From sequence record PZ445521.1: a stretch of DNA of 64,000 nt; one strand, written 5' to 3'. The stretch comes from a phage. The notes beneath the pieces were generated by a model that saw only the letters and a list, made by a program, of their open reading frames with translations, was not told the DNA's origin and did not search any database. Positions 1 to 12,322 of the stretch are shown here, in pieces (position 1 is the first letter of the stretch; each line of letters begins with the position of its first letter). Made by a program: the position numbers and the translations under genes.

Positions 1-229
1 CACAGCGAATTTTACCAAGAATCAAAGTTTTTAATTCATATGTATCTCCAGTAAAAAAGTTAGTTAACATTATTTTCCAAGAGAAATCATCAGAAGGACC
101 TTCAGGAGTCATACAATCTACAAATTCAAATTGTTCTTTATATAAATGCCACTGAAGTTCTTTAGTTTCGATAGCTTTATAGCCGTCGTGATCTTTACCT
201 TTGATGTATGAGTTAAGATTGATTTTCAT
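1..229 (-). CDS. hypothetical protein, N-terminal part only (gene runs off window start)
   Basis: ATG at 229..227 with upstream AGGAG-like RBS; open frame MKINLNSYIKGKDHDGYKAIETKELQW... continues to position 1. Confidence 0.5.
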   Translation of the reverse strand, partial: MKINLNSYIKGKDHDGYKAIETKELQWHLYKEQFEFVDCMTPEGPSDDFSWKIMLTNFFTGDTYELKTLILGKIRC

Positions 230-310
230 TTTATTCTCCTTTGTTTGTGTAAAATAATACTATCACAAAGGAACCATACTGTAAACAACTTTGTGCAATC
301 TTTGGAAAAT

Positions 311-334
311 AAAAAAGGACTCCCGAAGGAGTCC
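311..334 (-). terminator. C(UUCG)G stem-loop / rho-independent terminator
   Basis: Inverted repeat ggactcc-cgaa-ggagtcc at 317..334 preceded by A6 on plus strand, i.e. hairpin plus U6 on the minus-strand transcript. Confidence 0.6.
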
Positions 335-339
335 TCAAC

Positions 340-558
340 TTATGCTTTCTGCTTACCAAAACGAGAAGCATCATCTCGAAGAACCGCACGTGCTCGGCGC
401 ATGATCTTCTCAACAGTTTGATTGATACGAGAGTTCGACCCACGCTTGTAACCAGCGCGTTTAGAATCACCAACTTTCTTTTCAACTGCTTTCTTTGCTT
501 TAACTTGTTTTGCCATTATAAATTCTCTTTTAAATGAAAATGCAGGACTTATTGGCAT
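340..558 (-). CDS. small basic (Lys/Arg-rich) protein; alternative start at 516 (MAKQVKAKK...)
   Basis: ORF track; two in-frame ATGs (558, 516); the 558 start would overlap the upstream ORF by 10 nt. Confidence 0.5.
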   Translation of the reverse strand: MPISPAFSFKREFIMAKQVKAKKAVEKKVGDSKRAGYKRGSNSRINQTVEKIMRRARAVLRDDASRFGKQKA

Positions 559-737
559 TGCCTGCGCAAGCCCTCAAAGGGGTACTTAGGTTTTGAATAT
601 TTACCGACAGGATAACCATAAACCTCGTCATCATACCACCAAGACTTACACAGATAACACTTTTCTGACGCATGATAGTAACATTCAAGAGGTACACCGT
701 AAAACTGCCGGGGTCTTAAAACTATAATGATTCGCAA
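549..737 (-). CDS. hypothetical Cys-rich small protein (62 aa)
   Basis: ORF track; same strand as neighbours. Confidence 0.45.
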   Translation of the reverse strand: MRIIIVLRPRQFYGVPLECYYHASEKCYLCKSWWYDDEVYGYPVGKYSKPKYPFEGLRRQCQ

Positions 738-805
738 ATCATTAATCAGACAGTTCGACGGCTCCTCGTTTTAACTTCACACTAAGGCAGTGACTCTCCA
801 ATAAA

Positions 806-1054
806 TTACTTCAGTGTTACCACAAAGTGACGAACTGCTTTTCGTGCAGCAGAAGCCAAAGGCTTAGCATATTTAAGTTCATCTTTTTCCTGAAGCTCAG
901 CAGCTAATGCAGTTTGAGCAGGATTCAGATGTTTGAAATAACGCAGGATTTCAAGAGCTTCGGCTTCAACATCAATAGAAGCGCCATAGTTTTCGTGACC
1001 ATTATTCCATGCGTTTCGTTGCAGTTCAAGAGCGTGTTGTAATTGTTTAATCAT
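806..1054 (-). CDS. rIII: lysis-inhibition accessory protein rIII
   Basis: 82-aa ORF directly downstream of gene 31, matching T4 rIII size and position. Confidence 0.75.
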   Translation of the reverse strand: MIKQLQHALELQRNAWNNGHENYGASIDVEAEALEILRYFKHLNPAQTALAAELQEKDELKYAKPLASAARKAVRHFVVTLK

Positions 1055-1193
1055 TTAAAAATTCTCGTTAGAGATTAAAACTCGGTAGTCACGTTCTTCT
1101 GAATTTCATCTTCTTTCGACAGATCTCTCAGTTGTAGACTACCACATAGAATTGTTCGGTTAACTTATTATTCCGACACCCAATTCATATTAT

Positions 1194-1201
1194 TATTTAT
1201 A
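1194..1201 (-). promoter_or_regulatory. possible late promoter (TATAAATA on minus strand)
   Basis: Plus-strand tatttata = reverse complement of TATAAATA, about 140 nt upstream of rIII. Confidence 0.3.
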
Positions 1202-1537
1202 TCACTTATAAAGACACGGAATAGCTTTATAGTGACAGGTAACGAATTTTTGTTTAATTTCTTTTGGCTGCTTAAGACCCAGAGCTACAAAAGGATGCGG
1301 AACATTTCGAATTTGACCAACTGGAAGAGAAGTCAAATCACCAACTTCGCAGAAACCTTCAGGAACATCAGGACCGACAGAGTGAACTACACACAGTTCA
1401 GGAACTTCACCTTGAACACGTTTACCGATGATAAGTCCTGATTCTGTAACTTCTTCATCACCGGCTTGTGCAGGTTCAGAAACTAAAATAACATATTCAC
1501 CGACAGCACGAATTGGTAGCTGTTGTACTTCAGACAT
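1202..1537 (-). CDS. 31: gp31 co-chaperonin (GroES-like) for capsid protein folding
   Basis: 111-aa [33 protein letters not shown]... matches T4 gp31 length and sequence as recalled. Confidence 0.9.
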
Positions 1538-1593
1538 CGTTTTTCCTTTTTGTTAACAGATGAATTAATAATAACAAATAATTCTTAAAGCAT

Positions 1594-1902
1594 TTATTTA
1601 CCAATAAATTGAAGCAAATGCTCAGCTTTCATACCATTAACAGAAATCAATTTGTCAATAGAAAAACCTCGCCACTCGCCAAGCTCAACATCAAATACTG
1701 GAATCATATCAGTAGATTCTTTCCGAGCAGATTCAGTCAATTTACCAGTTTGCATGGTTGGCATAAAGTCCGCATCACGAGTGCCTTTCATAGTACGAAT
1801 AGTACCATCAGACTTTTCAAAAACTACGTTTGAAATACCCATGGACAATTTAGTTTTCAAAATTTCACGAATTGCTACTTTTTGTTCAGTCGTCAGTTTC
1901 AT
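1594..1902 (-). CDS. hypothetical protein (31.1 position)
   Basis: ORF track; position between 31 and cd. Confidence 0.55.
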   Translation of the reverse strand: MKLTTEQKVAIREILKTKLSMGISNVVFEKSDGTIRTMKGTRDADFMPTMQTGKLTESARKESTDMIPVFDVELGEWRGFSIDKLISVNGMKAEHLLQFIGK

Positions 1903-2139
1903 TTATTTACCTATTACAGTTTTAATATGAGTTGTTCCACGTTCTTTAAGAGTGGAAAGCAATTTTTGGCATTTTTCTAAATCAGATTTCCAACTATACG
2001 GCCTATCAATACAAACCCATTCTGACTTATAATACTGTTTCCATTTAGAGAAAAAATACTTCTTATACTCTACAGCAAATGAAATGTTCTCGTTAGAATA
2101 AGAACTAATTGCTGTGAGCTGTACCAAACGAAATTTCAT
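1903..2139 (-). CDS. hypothetical protein (31.2 position)
   Basis: ORF track; 1-nt overlap with cd. Confidence 0.5.
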   Translation of the reverse strand: MKFRLVQLTAISSYSNENISFAVEYKKYFFSKWKQYYKSEWVCIDRPYSWKSDLEKCQKLLSTLKERGTTHIKTVIGK

Positions 2140-2720
2140 TATTCACCACAGAATTCGTTGATATTTTCCCAGTTTAACTTATTCAAGTTTTTCTTAGGAA
2201 CATTAAACACTTCAATACCTGCATTTCGCAGAATATCATCCCAGCCAGGTTTATTTTTATCGTATGTTTCACAATAAACCAGCTTTTTAATTCCAGATTG
2301 AGCTATCGCTTTTGCACAATCTGGGCAAGGAGAAAGTGTTACATACATAGTAGCACCTTCAATAGAAGAACCATTTCGTGCAGCAAACAAAATCGCATTT
2401 AGTTCAGCGTGAATTTCATTTTTAGACGACCATTCAGAGTGAGCGCTACGGTGTTCTTTCGCCAAGACAAAACGATCAGTTGAACCAAACGATACGCATT
2501 CAGGCTTATGACCTTGAATGATAGTATGTTTAGGCTTGTTCAACAACCAGCCTTGTTCAGCAGCATAATCACAGCAATTCACACCACCAGCAGGTGAACC
2601 ATTATATCCGGTAGAAATAATACGTCCATTCTTTTCAATTACTGCTCCTACCTTCCAGGAGCAGCATTTTGATTCTTGCGATACTAAATATGCAATTTGA
2701 AGTACTGTACTCGCTTTCAT
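2139..2720 (-). CDS. cd: dCMP deaminase
   Basis: 193-aa ORF with zinc-binding HAE...PCxxC deaminase motifs (HAELNAI, SPCPDCAKAI). Confidence 0.9.
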   Translation of the reverse strand: MKASTVLQIAYLVSQESKCCSWKVGAVIEKNGRIISTGYNGSPAGGVNCCDYAAEQGWLLNKPKHTIIQGHKPECVSFGSTDRFVLAKEHRSAHSEWSSKNEIHAELNAILFAARNGSSIEGATMYVTLSPCPDCAKAIAQSGIKKLVYCETYDKNKPGWDDILRNAGIEVFNVPKKNLNKLNWENINEFCGE

Positions 2721-3055
2721 TTCATAATCACCAGATAAGCAGATTTAGCAGTTTCTACACGATAAATTTCGTGACGAAGTTTAGTTATACTTTTAATAAC
2801 AGAACTAATTATATTCTGCCCATCTTTAAAGCGGTTTTTCTTATCAATAAAAATTGCGCCAACCAGCTTTTTGTGAAGCTCAACTGGATACTTCGTCACA
2901 ATAATAGCATCATACACAGAAGGATGAATACTATTCACTAGAGTGTCATTCATTAAAGTTATTCTAATGAACTGTGCTGTTTCAGAGTCAAGCGCTCTAT
3001 GATCGCCAGTATCATTTTCAAGACAATTATCAATTATATCAGTTAAATTCATCAT
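2717..3055 (-). CDS. hypothetical protein (cd.1 position)
   Basis: ORF track; 4-nt overlap with cd. Confidence 0.5.
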   Translation of the reverse strand: MMNLTDIIDNCLENDTGDHRALDSETAQFIRITLMNDTLVNSIHPSVYDAIIVTKYPVELHKKLVGAIFIDKKNRFKDGQNIISSVIKSITKLRHEIYRVETAKSAYLVIMK

Positions 3056-3288
3056 AGTACGCCATACACCCTTTGTGCTTCAACTAATCCATCAAAATCC
3101 AATTTGAGATGTGTTATTTGGTCACCATCACCTGGATTCACAATTACTAATACTGAACGAGGAGTTTCGGTAATAACGCGAACCGATGTTTCTGGAAATC
3201 GTTCAGAAACCTTATTTACCAATTCCTGAGCAAATAGTTTAACTTTTTCTTGGAATTCTTTAACAGTAATTGGTTTTTCACTTAGCAT
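3052..3288 (-). CDS. hypothetical protein (cd.2 position)
   Basis: ORF track; 4-nt overlap upstream. Confidence 0.5.
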   Translation of the reverse strand: MLSEKPITVKEFQEKVKLFAQELVNKVSERFPETSVRVITETPRSVLVIVNPGDGDQITHLKLDFDGLVEAQRVYGVL

Positions 3289-3318
3289 TTTGTTTTCCTC
3301 ATTTGTTTCGGTAGAGCT

Positions 3319-3348
3319 ATAATATCACAACTCTACCACAAAGTAAAC
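3319..3348 (-). promoter_or_regulatory. T4-type early promoter (GTTTAC -35, 18-nt spacer, TATTAT -10)
   Basis: Minus strand reads GTTTACtttgtggtagagttgtgaTATTAT in the 64-nt gap upstream of ORF starting at 3288. Confidence 0.55.
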
Positions 3349-3352
3349 TATA

Positions 3353-3628
3353 TTAAATTGCTTTGAATTCTGATGTCTGCGATTCAAAACGAATATCACC
3401 TTTGATGACTAACTCAGCGTCAAGACCGAATACGACAATGATATGCGCGGAACCTGGATACAGCGTAATGGCAATAGAATCCACCTGGTCTGGAAGCAAA
3501 GTGTTCAATACATGAGTCACTTGAGCATGAATTCGAAGCTCGGCTGCGTTATCAAGCTTTTCAAACATATTATTAGCAATAATTTGGCTAAACACTACTT
3601 CTACGATTTTAGAATAAGTCGGAAACAT
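3353..3628 (-). CDS. hypothetical protein (cd.3 position)
   Basis: ORF track. Confidence 0.5.
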   Translation of the reverse strand: MFPTYSKIVEVVFSQIIANNMFEKLDNAAELRIHAQVTHVLNTLLPDQVDSIAITLYPGSAHIIVVFGLDAELVIKGDIRFESQTSEFKAI

Positions 3629-3630
3629 AT

Positions 3631-3831
3631 TTACCTCACATAATTTTCTTCAAGCCAATCAATAACATCTAACGCATTATCAAAAGTTGAACCATCTACT
3701 TTGTCTTCTGTTTCATAATCAAGAACATCTAAGCCTACTCTTCCATTAACAATAGGCCATAAACAAAATAAATATTTCTTTTCTTTTTCAATTTTATCAC
3801 AAAGTTGATAAATCTTTTCTATGTTATTCAT
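3631..3831 (-). CDS. hypothetical protein (cd.4 position)
   Basis: ORF track. Confidence 0.5.
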   Translation of the reverse strand: MNNIEKIYQLCDKIEKEKKYLFCLWPIVNGRVGLDVLDYETEDKVDGSTFDNALDVIDWLEENYVR

Positions 3832-4020
3832 AAGTTTTCCATGGTAAAGGCAGTTTAGTTTTCTTTACTGTTAGTTCAACATCAGGATTCTTTTCTCTTA
3901 ATTTAAGGCATTCCTCCCAAGCTCTGATTTCACTAGTGAATACACAAAATTGCCCATTACTAGTACCAACTAAACCACTATTTACAATAACAATAGACCA
4001 AGTTTCATGATGCCACGCCA

Positions 4021-4021
<1 letters not shown>
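3824..4021 (-). CDS. hypothetical protein (cd.5 position); start trimmed to internal ATG at 4021
   Basis: ORF track 3824..4051; internal Met gives TAATG junction with pseT stop. Confidence 0.45.
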
Positions 4022-5246
<1,225 letters not shown>

Positions 5247-5249
5247 TTA

Positions 5250-5474
5250 TTATTTCTCAACCAATGATTGAATATAATCATGCAGGTCTTTAGATGCTTT
5301 ACCCCACTTATTTTGGTATTCATTTTTAAGATTAGCACGTGATTGAGCTAATAAAACATCATTAGTTGGAGGTAAAGATTCTAACCGCTGAATCTGGCGT
5401 CCATAAATCATTGCAGCCATCTCGGATTCATAAATCAATCCTTTGAGATGTTCAAATTGATGCCATGAAATCAT
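5250..5474 (-). CDS. hypothetical protein
   Basis: ORF track; 4-nt overlap with next ORF. Confidence 0.5.
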   Translation of the reverse strand: MISWHQFEHLKGLIYESEMAAMIYGRQIQRLESLPPTNDVLLAQSRANLKNEYQNKWGKASKDLHDYIQSLVEK

Positions 5475-5770
5475 TTACATTTATCCTCTTTTAACTCTTG
5501 ACGATAATAACATATCATAGTTTTCTGGTCATGTACATATCGTTTTACATCATTAAGCCAAATACGAAATTCCTGGGAATCTTCAAATGGCATACCGACC
5601 CAAGCTTTACCATCGATAACTTTAACTTGCCAAGATAGTTTAGCTTCATCATATGACTTTATTTGTACAGGCCAATTAGGATGAACTGTTTCTTTCTTTA
5701 CTTCTAGAGGCTTTGTCGAACAACCAACTAGAAGACCAATAGATAATATTACTGCTGATAGTTTAATCAT
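5471..5770 (-). CDS. putative outer-membrane spanin (lipoprotein; T4 pseT.2-like)
   Basis: N-terminus MIKLSAVILSIGLLVGC has signal peptide and LVGC lipobox; adjacent to TM/coiled-coil partner. Confidence 0.6.
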   Translation of the reverse strand: MIKLSAVILSIGLLVGCSTKPLEVKKETVHPNWPVQIKSYDEAKLSWQVKVIDGKAWVGMPFEDSQEFRIWLNDVKRYVHDQKTMICYYRQELKEDKCK

Positions 5771-6120
5771 TTAGAAAGGTCCTGGATGTCTTCTGCGAAC
5801 TTGTTGAAGGAGTTGTTGATTTGTTTTTCAACCAATCCTGGCTTACGAGCCACCACATCCGCCTTCTTTGCATCTTTGCGCAGTTTTTCATTTTCACGCT
5901 CAATAGCAGCAATTGCCTCACGATTTTTATTATTCATCGCATCAATATAATTATACTGAATTCGCAAATTATTTAATGCTAAGGCGTTTTCATTGGCCGT
6001 TTTTGTAATTTCAGTAACTGATGTTTCTAATCTTTCTACCTTATTTTTTAAAATAATAGATGTTCCACCAAATACTATTACAAGTAATAGCAAACCTGCT
6101 GTCGTATTACTTAATTGCAT
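5767..6120 (-). CDS. putative inner-membrane spanin (T4 pseT.3-like)
   Basis: N-terminal TM helix (AGLLLLVIVFGG) followed by coiled-coil-like sequence; ATGA overlap with lipoprotein ORF. Confidence 0.6.
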   Translation of the reverse strand: MQLSNTTAGLLLLVIVFGGTSIILKNKVERLETSVTEITKTANENALALNNLRIQYNYIDAMNNKNREAIAAIERENEKLRKDAKKADVVARKPGLVEKQINNSFNKFAEDIQDLSK

Positions 6121-6617
6121 AAAGTTTTAATAACCTCTATAATATCGTCTTGAGAAAGACCGTTAATTAAAATATGATGTTCCGCCGGAGATTTAGAAAT
6201 TTTAAAGCATGCCGCAACATCTTCTGCCATATCCGATGCGCTACGATTTGGATTACTAATTCCAAGACGATGTTTTCCCGTTAAAGGATTAACGATAATA
6301 TAGCATTTACAGCTATTGATATGAACATTAGGTTGAGTCTGATTAATGAACACTTCACAATCATACTTAGCGAGTTGATTTTCTAAAAAGACTTTCATCT
6401 CCTCAACTGCATCAGGAAGCATATCACGGGCTTGCTCAAGACGACGATTTCGATATTCTTTAATGGTCGTTTTCCGCTTGACTTGCTTAGCTAAATCTTT
6501 CTTAAGATCGGTGATATATCCAACTCGCCGATTTCCTTTAAATACAGAAATCCCATCTGTAGTATCACCGTATGCTTCAACGACCATTTCAGTAGTAATA
6601 AGCTGCAAATCCATCAT
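6111..6617 (-). CDS. alc: Alc, transcription terminator on cytosine-containing DNA
   Basis: 167/168-aa ORF between pseT cluster and rnlA, as in T4. Confidence 0.8.
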   Translation of the reverse strand: MMDLQLITTEMVVEAYGDTTDGISVFKGNRRVGYITDLKKDLAKQVKRKTTIKEYRNRRLEQARDMLPDAVEEMKVFLENQLAKYDCEVFINQTQPNVHINSCKCYIIVNPLTGKHRLGISNPNRSASDMAEDVAACFKISKSPAEHHILINGLSQDDIIEVIKTLCN

Positions 6618-6645
6618 AAAGTCCTCATGTTATGTTAGTAAGACT

Positions 6646-6675
6646 ACTATAACACAACACGAGGGACTTGTAAAC
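6646..6675 (-). promoter_or_regulatory. T4-type early promoter upstream of alc
   Basis: Minus strand GTTTACaagtccctcgtgttgtgtTATAGT. Confidence 0.5.
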
Positions 6676-6678
6676 AAC

Positions 6679-8266
<1,588 letters not shown>

Positions 8267-8293
8267 AATAAAATGGGCCTTGCGGCCCACTCC

Positions 8294-9472
8294 TTAAAAG
8301 TATTTTTTAAAACTCATCATAACTTTATCATCAACATCATTATCAATCTGTGCAACAAGGTAAGATGACAGTTCTACTTCTTGTGGCGCGGATTGAACAT
8401 TATCAGAATTAAGATATTCACGAATCCAAGGATATGGATGTTTAACCGGAGCATCGGTAATCGGGCATGGAAGACCACAATGTTTCATACGAGATACAGT
8501 TAAGTAATCAATAAAGCTCCACATGCTATTTGTATTTAATCCAGGAACATCGCCATCTTTAAATAAATGAACTGCCCAATCTTTTTCTTGGCGGTTAACT
8601 TCCATGAAAATATCAACTGCTTCTTGTTCACACTCTTGAGCAATTTTAACCCATTCATCGCCATCAGTGCCAAGTTGAAGTTGACGAATAATATATTGAG
8701 TGCCTTTAAGGTGAAGCTGCTCATCACGTGCAATGAACTTCATAATCTTGGCATTACCTTCCATGATTTCCATGTTCTTATGGAAGTTAAAGGTACATGC
8801 GAAAGATACATAAAAACGAATAGCTTCCAATGCGTTGATTACATGCAAACAGAGGTAAAGAGATTTCATTAGCTCATGCTTCCAATACGTCTCATGCTCA
8901 ATAGCATCTTCAATAACGTCTTCGTCTGCATTAATTTCTTTTTGGTATTCGATATCAGCTTTAGCGTTTTCCCAATAACGAGTTTTAATCAGAACATCAT
9001 CATAATAACGTCCAATGGATTCAGCACGTTTCATAATAGCTTCATCTAATACAATTTCATCAAATACCTTCGATGGATCAGTATAAAGATTTCGCATGAT
9101 ATGTGTATATGAACGGCTGTGAATAGTTTCACTAAAAGTCCACGTAGCAACCCATGTATCAAGGCTTGGGTCTGAAATTAATGACATAAGTACAGCAGAC
9201 GGCGCACGACCCTGAATGCTATCCAAAAGTGATTGATACTTCAGGTTATTAGTAAAAATATTCTGCTGATACTGAGGAAGTTTATTAAATTGTGCAGCAT
9301 CCATCATCAAGTTTACTTCTTCAGGACGCCAGAAAAATGATAATTGCTTTTCAGTCAAATCTTCAAAAACTTTATGGCGTTGAATATCATAACGCGCAAT
9401 ACCAAGACCTGAACCGAAGAACATAGGTTCTTTTAAAACATCAACTGGATTTGTATTAAAAACTGTGCTCAT
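8294..9472 (-). CDS. nrdB: ribonucleotide reductase small subunit, uninterrupted (no intron)
   Basis: 392-aa continuous ORF with diiron-tyrosyl radical motifs; matches T4 NrdB as recalled. Confidence 0.9.
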   Translation of the reverse strand: MSTVFNTNPVDVLKEPMFFGSGLGIARYDIQRHKVFEDLTEKQLSFFWRPEEVNLMMDAAQFNKLPQYQQNIFTNNLKYQSLLDSIQGRAPSAVLMSLISDPSLDTWVATWTFSETIHSRSYTHIMRNLYTDPSKVFDEIVLDEAIMKRAESIGRYYDDVLIKTRYWENAKADIEYQKEINADEDVIEDAIEHETYWKHELMKSLYLCLHVINALEAIRFYVSFACTFNFHKNMEIMEGNAKIMKFIARDEQLHLKGTQYIIRQLQLGTDGDEWVKIAQECEQEAVDIFMEVNRQEKDWAVHLFKDGDVPGLNTNSMWSFIDYLTVSRMKHCGLPCPITDAPVKHPYPWIREYLNSDNVQSAPQEVELSSYLVAQIDNDVDDKVMMSFKKYF

Positions 9473-9523
9473 AAATTTTCCGCTTAGTTAATAGTTGGTG
9501 ACTCGTCCGTGAGTCAAATTATA

Positions 9524-11788
9524 TCATAATTTACAGGATGAACAATCTTCAGCTTTTGGAGTTTCTATTTCATAATCATCAGTACCAGAACCATCGCGGG
9601 TATTATGATAATAGAAATTTTTTCCGCCAAAATACCAAAAATACAAAAGGTCATCAATCATTATTGACATTGGAACCTTGCCTTTAGGGAAGATTTGGGG
9701 GTCATAGTATGTATTCGCCGAAGCTGATTGACAAACCCATTTCAGCATAATAGCTACCTGCGTAAGATAAGGTTTATTACCTTTCTTAGCTAATTTCCAT
9801 GTATAGTCGTAAAGGTCTATGTTATGCTCAATATTGGGCACGACTTGATTAAAGGAGCCCTCTTTTGATTCTTTAACAGAGACTGGTCCACGTGGAGGCT
9901 CGATACCGTTTGTACTGTTAGAAACTTGGGAAGATGACTCACATGGCATAAGTGCTGATAATGTGCTATTACGGATGCCAAAGAGCTTAAGGTCTTCCCG
10001 CAGCGACGACCAGTCACAAACGTATTTTGGAGCTGCGATTTGGTCAATCTTTTTATTGTACCAGTCGATAGGTAATTCGCCTCGAGACCAACGAGTGTCT
10101 GAATAATATTCGCAAGGTCCTTTTTCTTTGGCGAGCTTAATGGATGCTTTAATGAGTCCATACTGTAATCTCTCAAATAGTTCATGTGTTAAATCGTTAG
10201 CATCTTCATAAGAAGCAAAGTTACTTGCCAGCCAAGCTGCATAGTTAGTAACACCTACACCAAGGTTTCGACGCTTTTTAGCTTTTTCTGCTTCAGGAAC
10301 TGGATATCCTTGGTAATCCAAAAGATTATCAAGAGCACGAACTTGAACTTCTGCCAATTCATTAATTTTATCTTGGTCTTGCCAATCAAAGTTATCCAGC
10401 ACAAATGCAGATAATGTACACAATCCAATTTCAGCATCAGGACTATTCACATCATTTGTTGGAATAGCAATTTCACAGCACAAGTTGCTCTGACGAATAG
10501 GTGCCTTTTCACGAATAAATGGCGTATAGTTATTCGTATTATCAATGAACTGCACATAAATCCTTGCTGTTCCTGAGCGTTCAGTCATGAGCAATTCAAA
10601 TAGTTCACGGGCTTTAATGCGCTTTTTACGAATATTAGGGTCTTTTTCTGCTGCTTCGTATAATTCACGGAAACGGTCTTGGTCTTTAAAATAAGAATAA
10701 TAAAGCTCGCCACCCATTTCATGCGGACTGAACAAAGTAATGTAATCATTCTTTCCAAAACGTTCCATCATTAGATCATTCAGTTGAACACCATAATCCA
10801 TATGACGGATACGGTTTTCTTCTACACCTTTGTTATTTTTCAAAACGAGAAGATTTTCAACTTCCAAATGCCAAATAGGATAATAAGCAGTAGCAGCGCC
10901 GCCACGAATTCCACCCTGTGAGCATGATTTAACAGCAGTCTGAAAATGTTTCCAAAAAGGAATAACACCAGTATGGCGTACTTCACCCATGCCAATCTTA
11001 GAACCTTCGGCACGAATCATACCAACGTTAATACCAATTCCAGCGCGTTTGGAGATATATTCAACAATTGAAGCAGAAGCCTTATTGATAGACTTTAATG
11101 AATCACCTGCCTCAATAACAACGCATGAACTAAACTGCCGAGTTGGAGTACGGCAACCAGCCATAATAGGAGTTGGTAATGAAATCTGTCGAGTAGATAC
11201 TGCTTCATAAAAACGAATAACGTGTTTTAATCTATCAACAGGTTCATCTTGATGCAATGCCATTCCAATAGTCATAAATGCAAACTGTGGAGTTTCATAA
11301 ATTTGACCAGTGGTTTTATCTTTAACTAGATATTTTTCTTTTAATTGCATCGCCCCGGAATAAGTAAATTCCATATCCCGCTCATGCTTAATTTTTGATT
11401 CTAAAAATGTAATTTCTTCGGCAGAATATTTTGACAACAGTTCAGGGTCATATTTACCTTCATTTACACAGTAAGAAATATGGTCAATAAATGAACGTGG
11501 TTCATACTGCCCGTAAACATGCTTACGAAGAGCGAACATTAAACAGCGTGCAGCTACATATTGGTAATCAGGCTCTTCAACTGAAATAGAATTCGCAGCA
11601 GCCTTAATTACAATGGTTTGAATGTCATCAGTGGTCATTCCATCACGGAGATATGATTTAATATTTTCATATAATTCATAAGGATCTACAGATGTTCCTT
11701 CAGCTGCCCAAGATAAAACTTTAATAATTTTTTGCGGGTCAAAGCTCTGAGAAACACCACTACTTTTGATAACATTAATTAATTGCAT
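9524..11788 (-). CDS. nrdA: ribonucleotide reductase large subunit
   Basis: 754-aa ORF, ATP-cone N-terminus, NLCCEI catalytic motif. Confidence 0.9.
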   Translation of the reverse strand: MQLINVIKSSGVSQSFDPQKIIKVLSWAAEGTSVDPYELYENIKSYLRDGMTTDDIQTIVIKAAANSISVEEPDYQYVAARCLMFALRKHVYGQYEPRSFIDHISYCVNEGKYDPELLSKYSAEEITFLESKIKHERDMEFTYSGAMQLKEKYLVKDKTTGQIYETPQFAFMTIGMALHQDEPVDRLKHVIRFYEAVSTRQISLPTPIMAGCRTPTRQFSSCVVIEAGDSLKSINKASASIVEYISKRAGIGINVGMIRAEGSKIGMGEVRHTGVIPFWKHFQTAVKSCSQGGIRGGAATAYYPIWHLEVENLLVLKNNKGVEENRIRHMDYGVQLNDLMMERFGKNDYITLFSPHEMGGELYYSYFKDQDRFRELYEAAEKDPNIRKKRIKARELFELLMTERSGTARIYVQFIDNTNNYTPFIREKAPIRQSNLCCEIAIPTNDVNSPDAEIGLCTLSAFVLDNFDWQDQDKINELAEVQVRALDNLLDYQGYPVPEAEKAKKRRNLGVGVTNYAAWLASNFASYEDANDLTHELFERLQYGLIKASIKLAKEKGPCEYYSDTRWSRGELPIDWYNKKIDQIAAPKYVCDWSSLREDLKLFGIRNSTLSALMPCESSSQVSNSTNGIEPPRGPVSVKESKEGSFNQVVPNIEHNIDLYDYTWKLAKKGNKPYLTQVAIMLKWVCQSASANTYYDPQIFPKGKVPMSIMIDDLLYFWYFGGKNFYYHNTRDGSGTDDYEIETPKAEDCSSCKL

Positions 11789-12105
11789 AAGTCCTCAACT
11801 TGAAAATCGTCTTTAAACACTCGGTTAACTATATGAGCTATTATATCACCATGACACGGCTTTGGTTTACATGTGCATCCTAGCCTCATTCCACGTAAAG
11901 GCTCTAAATGTGCTTTAGTTATTTCTCCGGATTTAATTCGACGTATAAAATCTTTTTTGAATAATTCAATGGCAGCCTCCCGGCTGCCAGCATCTTTACC
12001 GACGTAATTTCCCCAAAATGTACCACGGTGAATATTAACATCAAAGTCGGATTTATATTTATTCACTACTCGGCATAGACGGCCCACGCTGGAATAATTC
12101 GTCAT
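11779..12105 (-). CDS. hypothetical protein with CxC-x4-CH motif (nrdA.1 position)
   Basis: ORF track; [12 protein letters not shown] motif. Confidence 0.5.
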   Translation of the reverse strand: MTNYSSVGRLCRVVNKYKSDFDVNIHRGTFWGNYVGKDAGSREAAIELFKKDFIRRIKSGEITKAHLEPLRGMRLGCTCKPKPCHGDIIAHIVNRVFKDDFQVEDLCN

Positions 12106-12322
12106 ATTGTTTTTCCGTTAAAACAGTAATATCGTAGTAACAGTCAGAAGAAGTTTTAACTGTGGAAATTTTATTATCAAAATACTCACGAGTCATTTTA
12201 TGAGTATAATATTTTTTACCATAAATGATAATAGGCTGTTCTGGTCCTGGAACTTCTAACTCGCTTGGGTTAGGAAGTGTAAAAAGAACAACGCCAGAAG
12301 TATCTTTAAATCGTAAAATCAT
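12059..12322 (-). CDS. hypothetical protein (nrdA.2 position)
   Basis: ORF track. Confidence 0.45.
   Translation of the reverse strand: MILRFKDTSGVVLFTLPNPSELEVPGPEQPIIIYGKKYYTHKMTREYFDNKISTVKTSSDCYYDITVLTEKQYDELFQRGPSMPSSE

Noticed and set aside
231-485. 84-aa minus-strand ORF from the track
   Set aside because: Overlaps the stem-loop terminator and the better-supported 340..558 ORF in another frame; hydrophobic composition typical of off-frame AT-rich sequence
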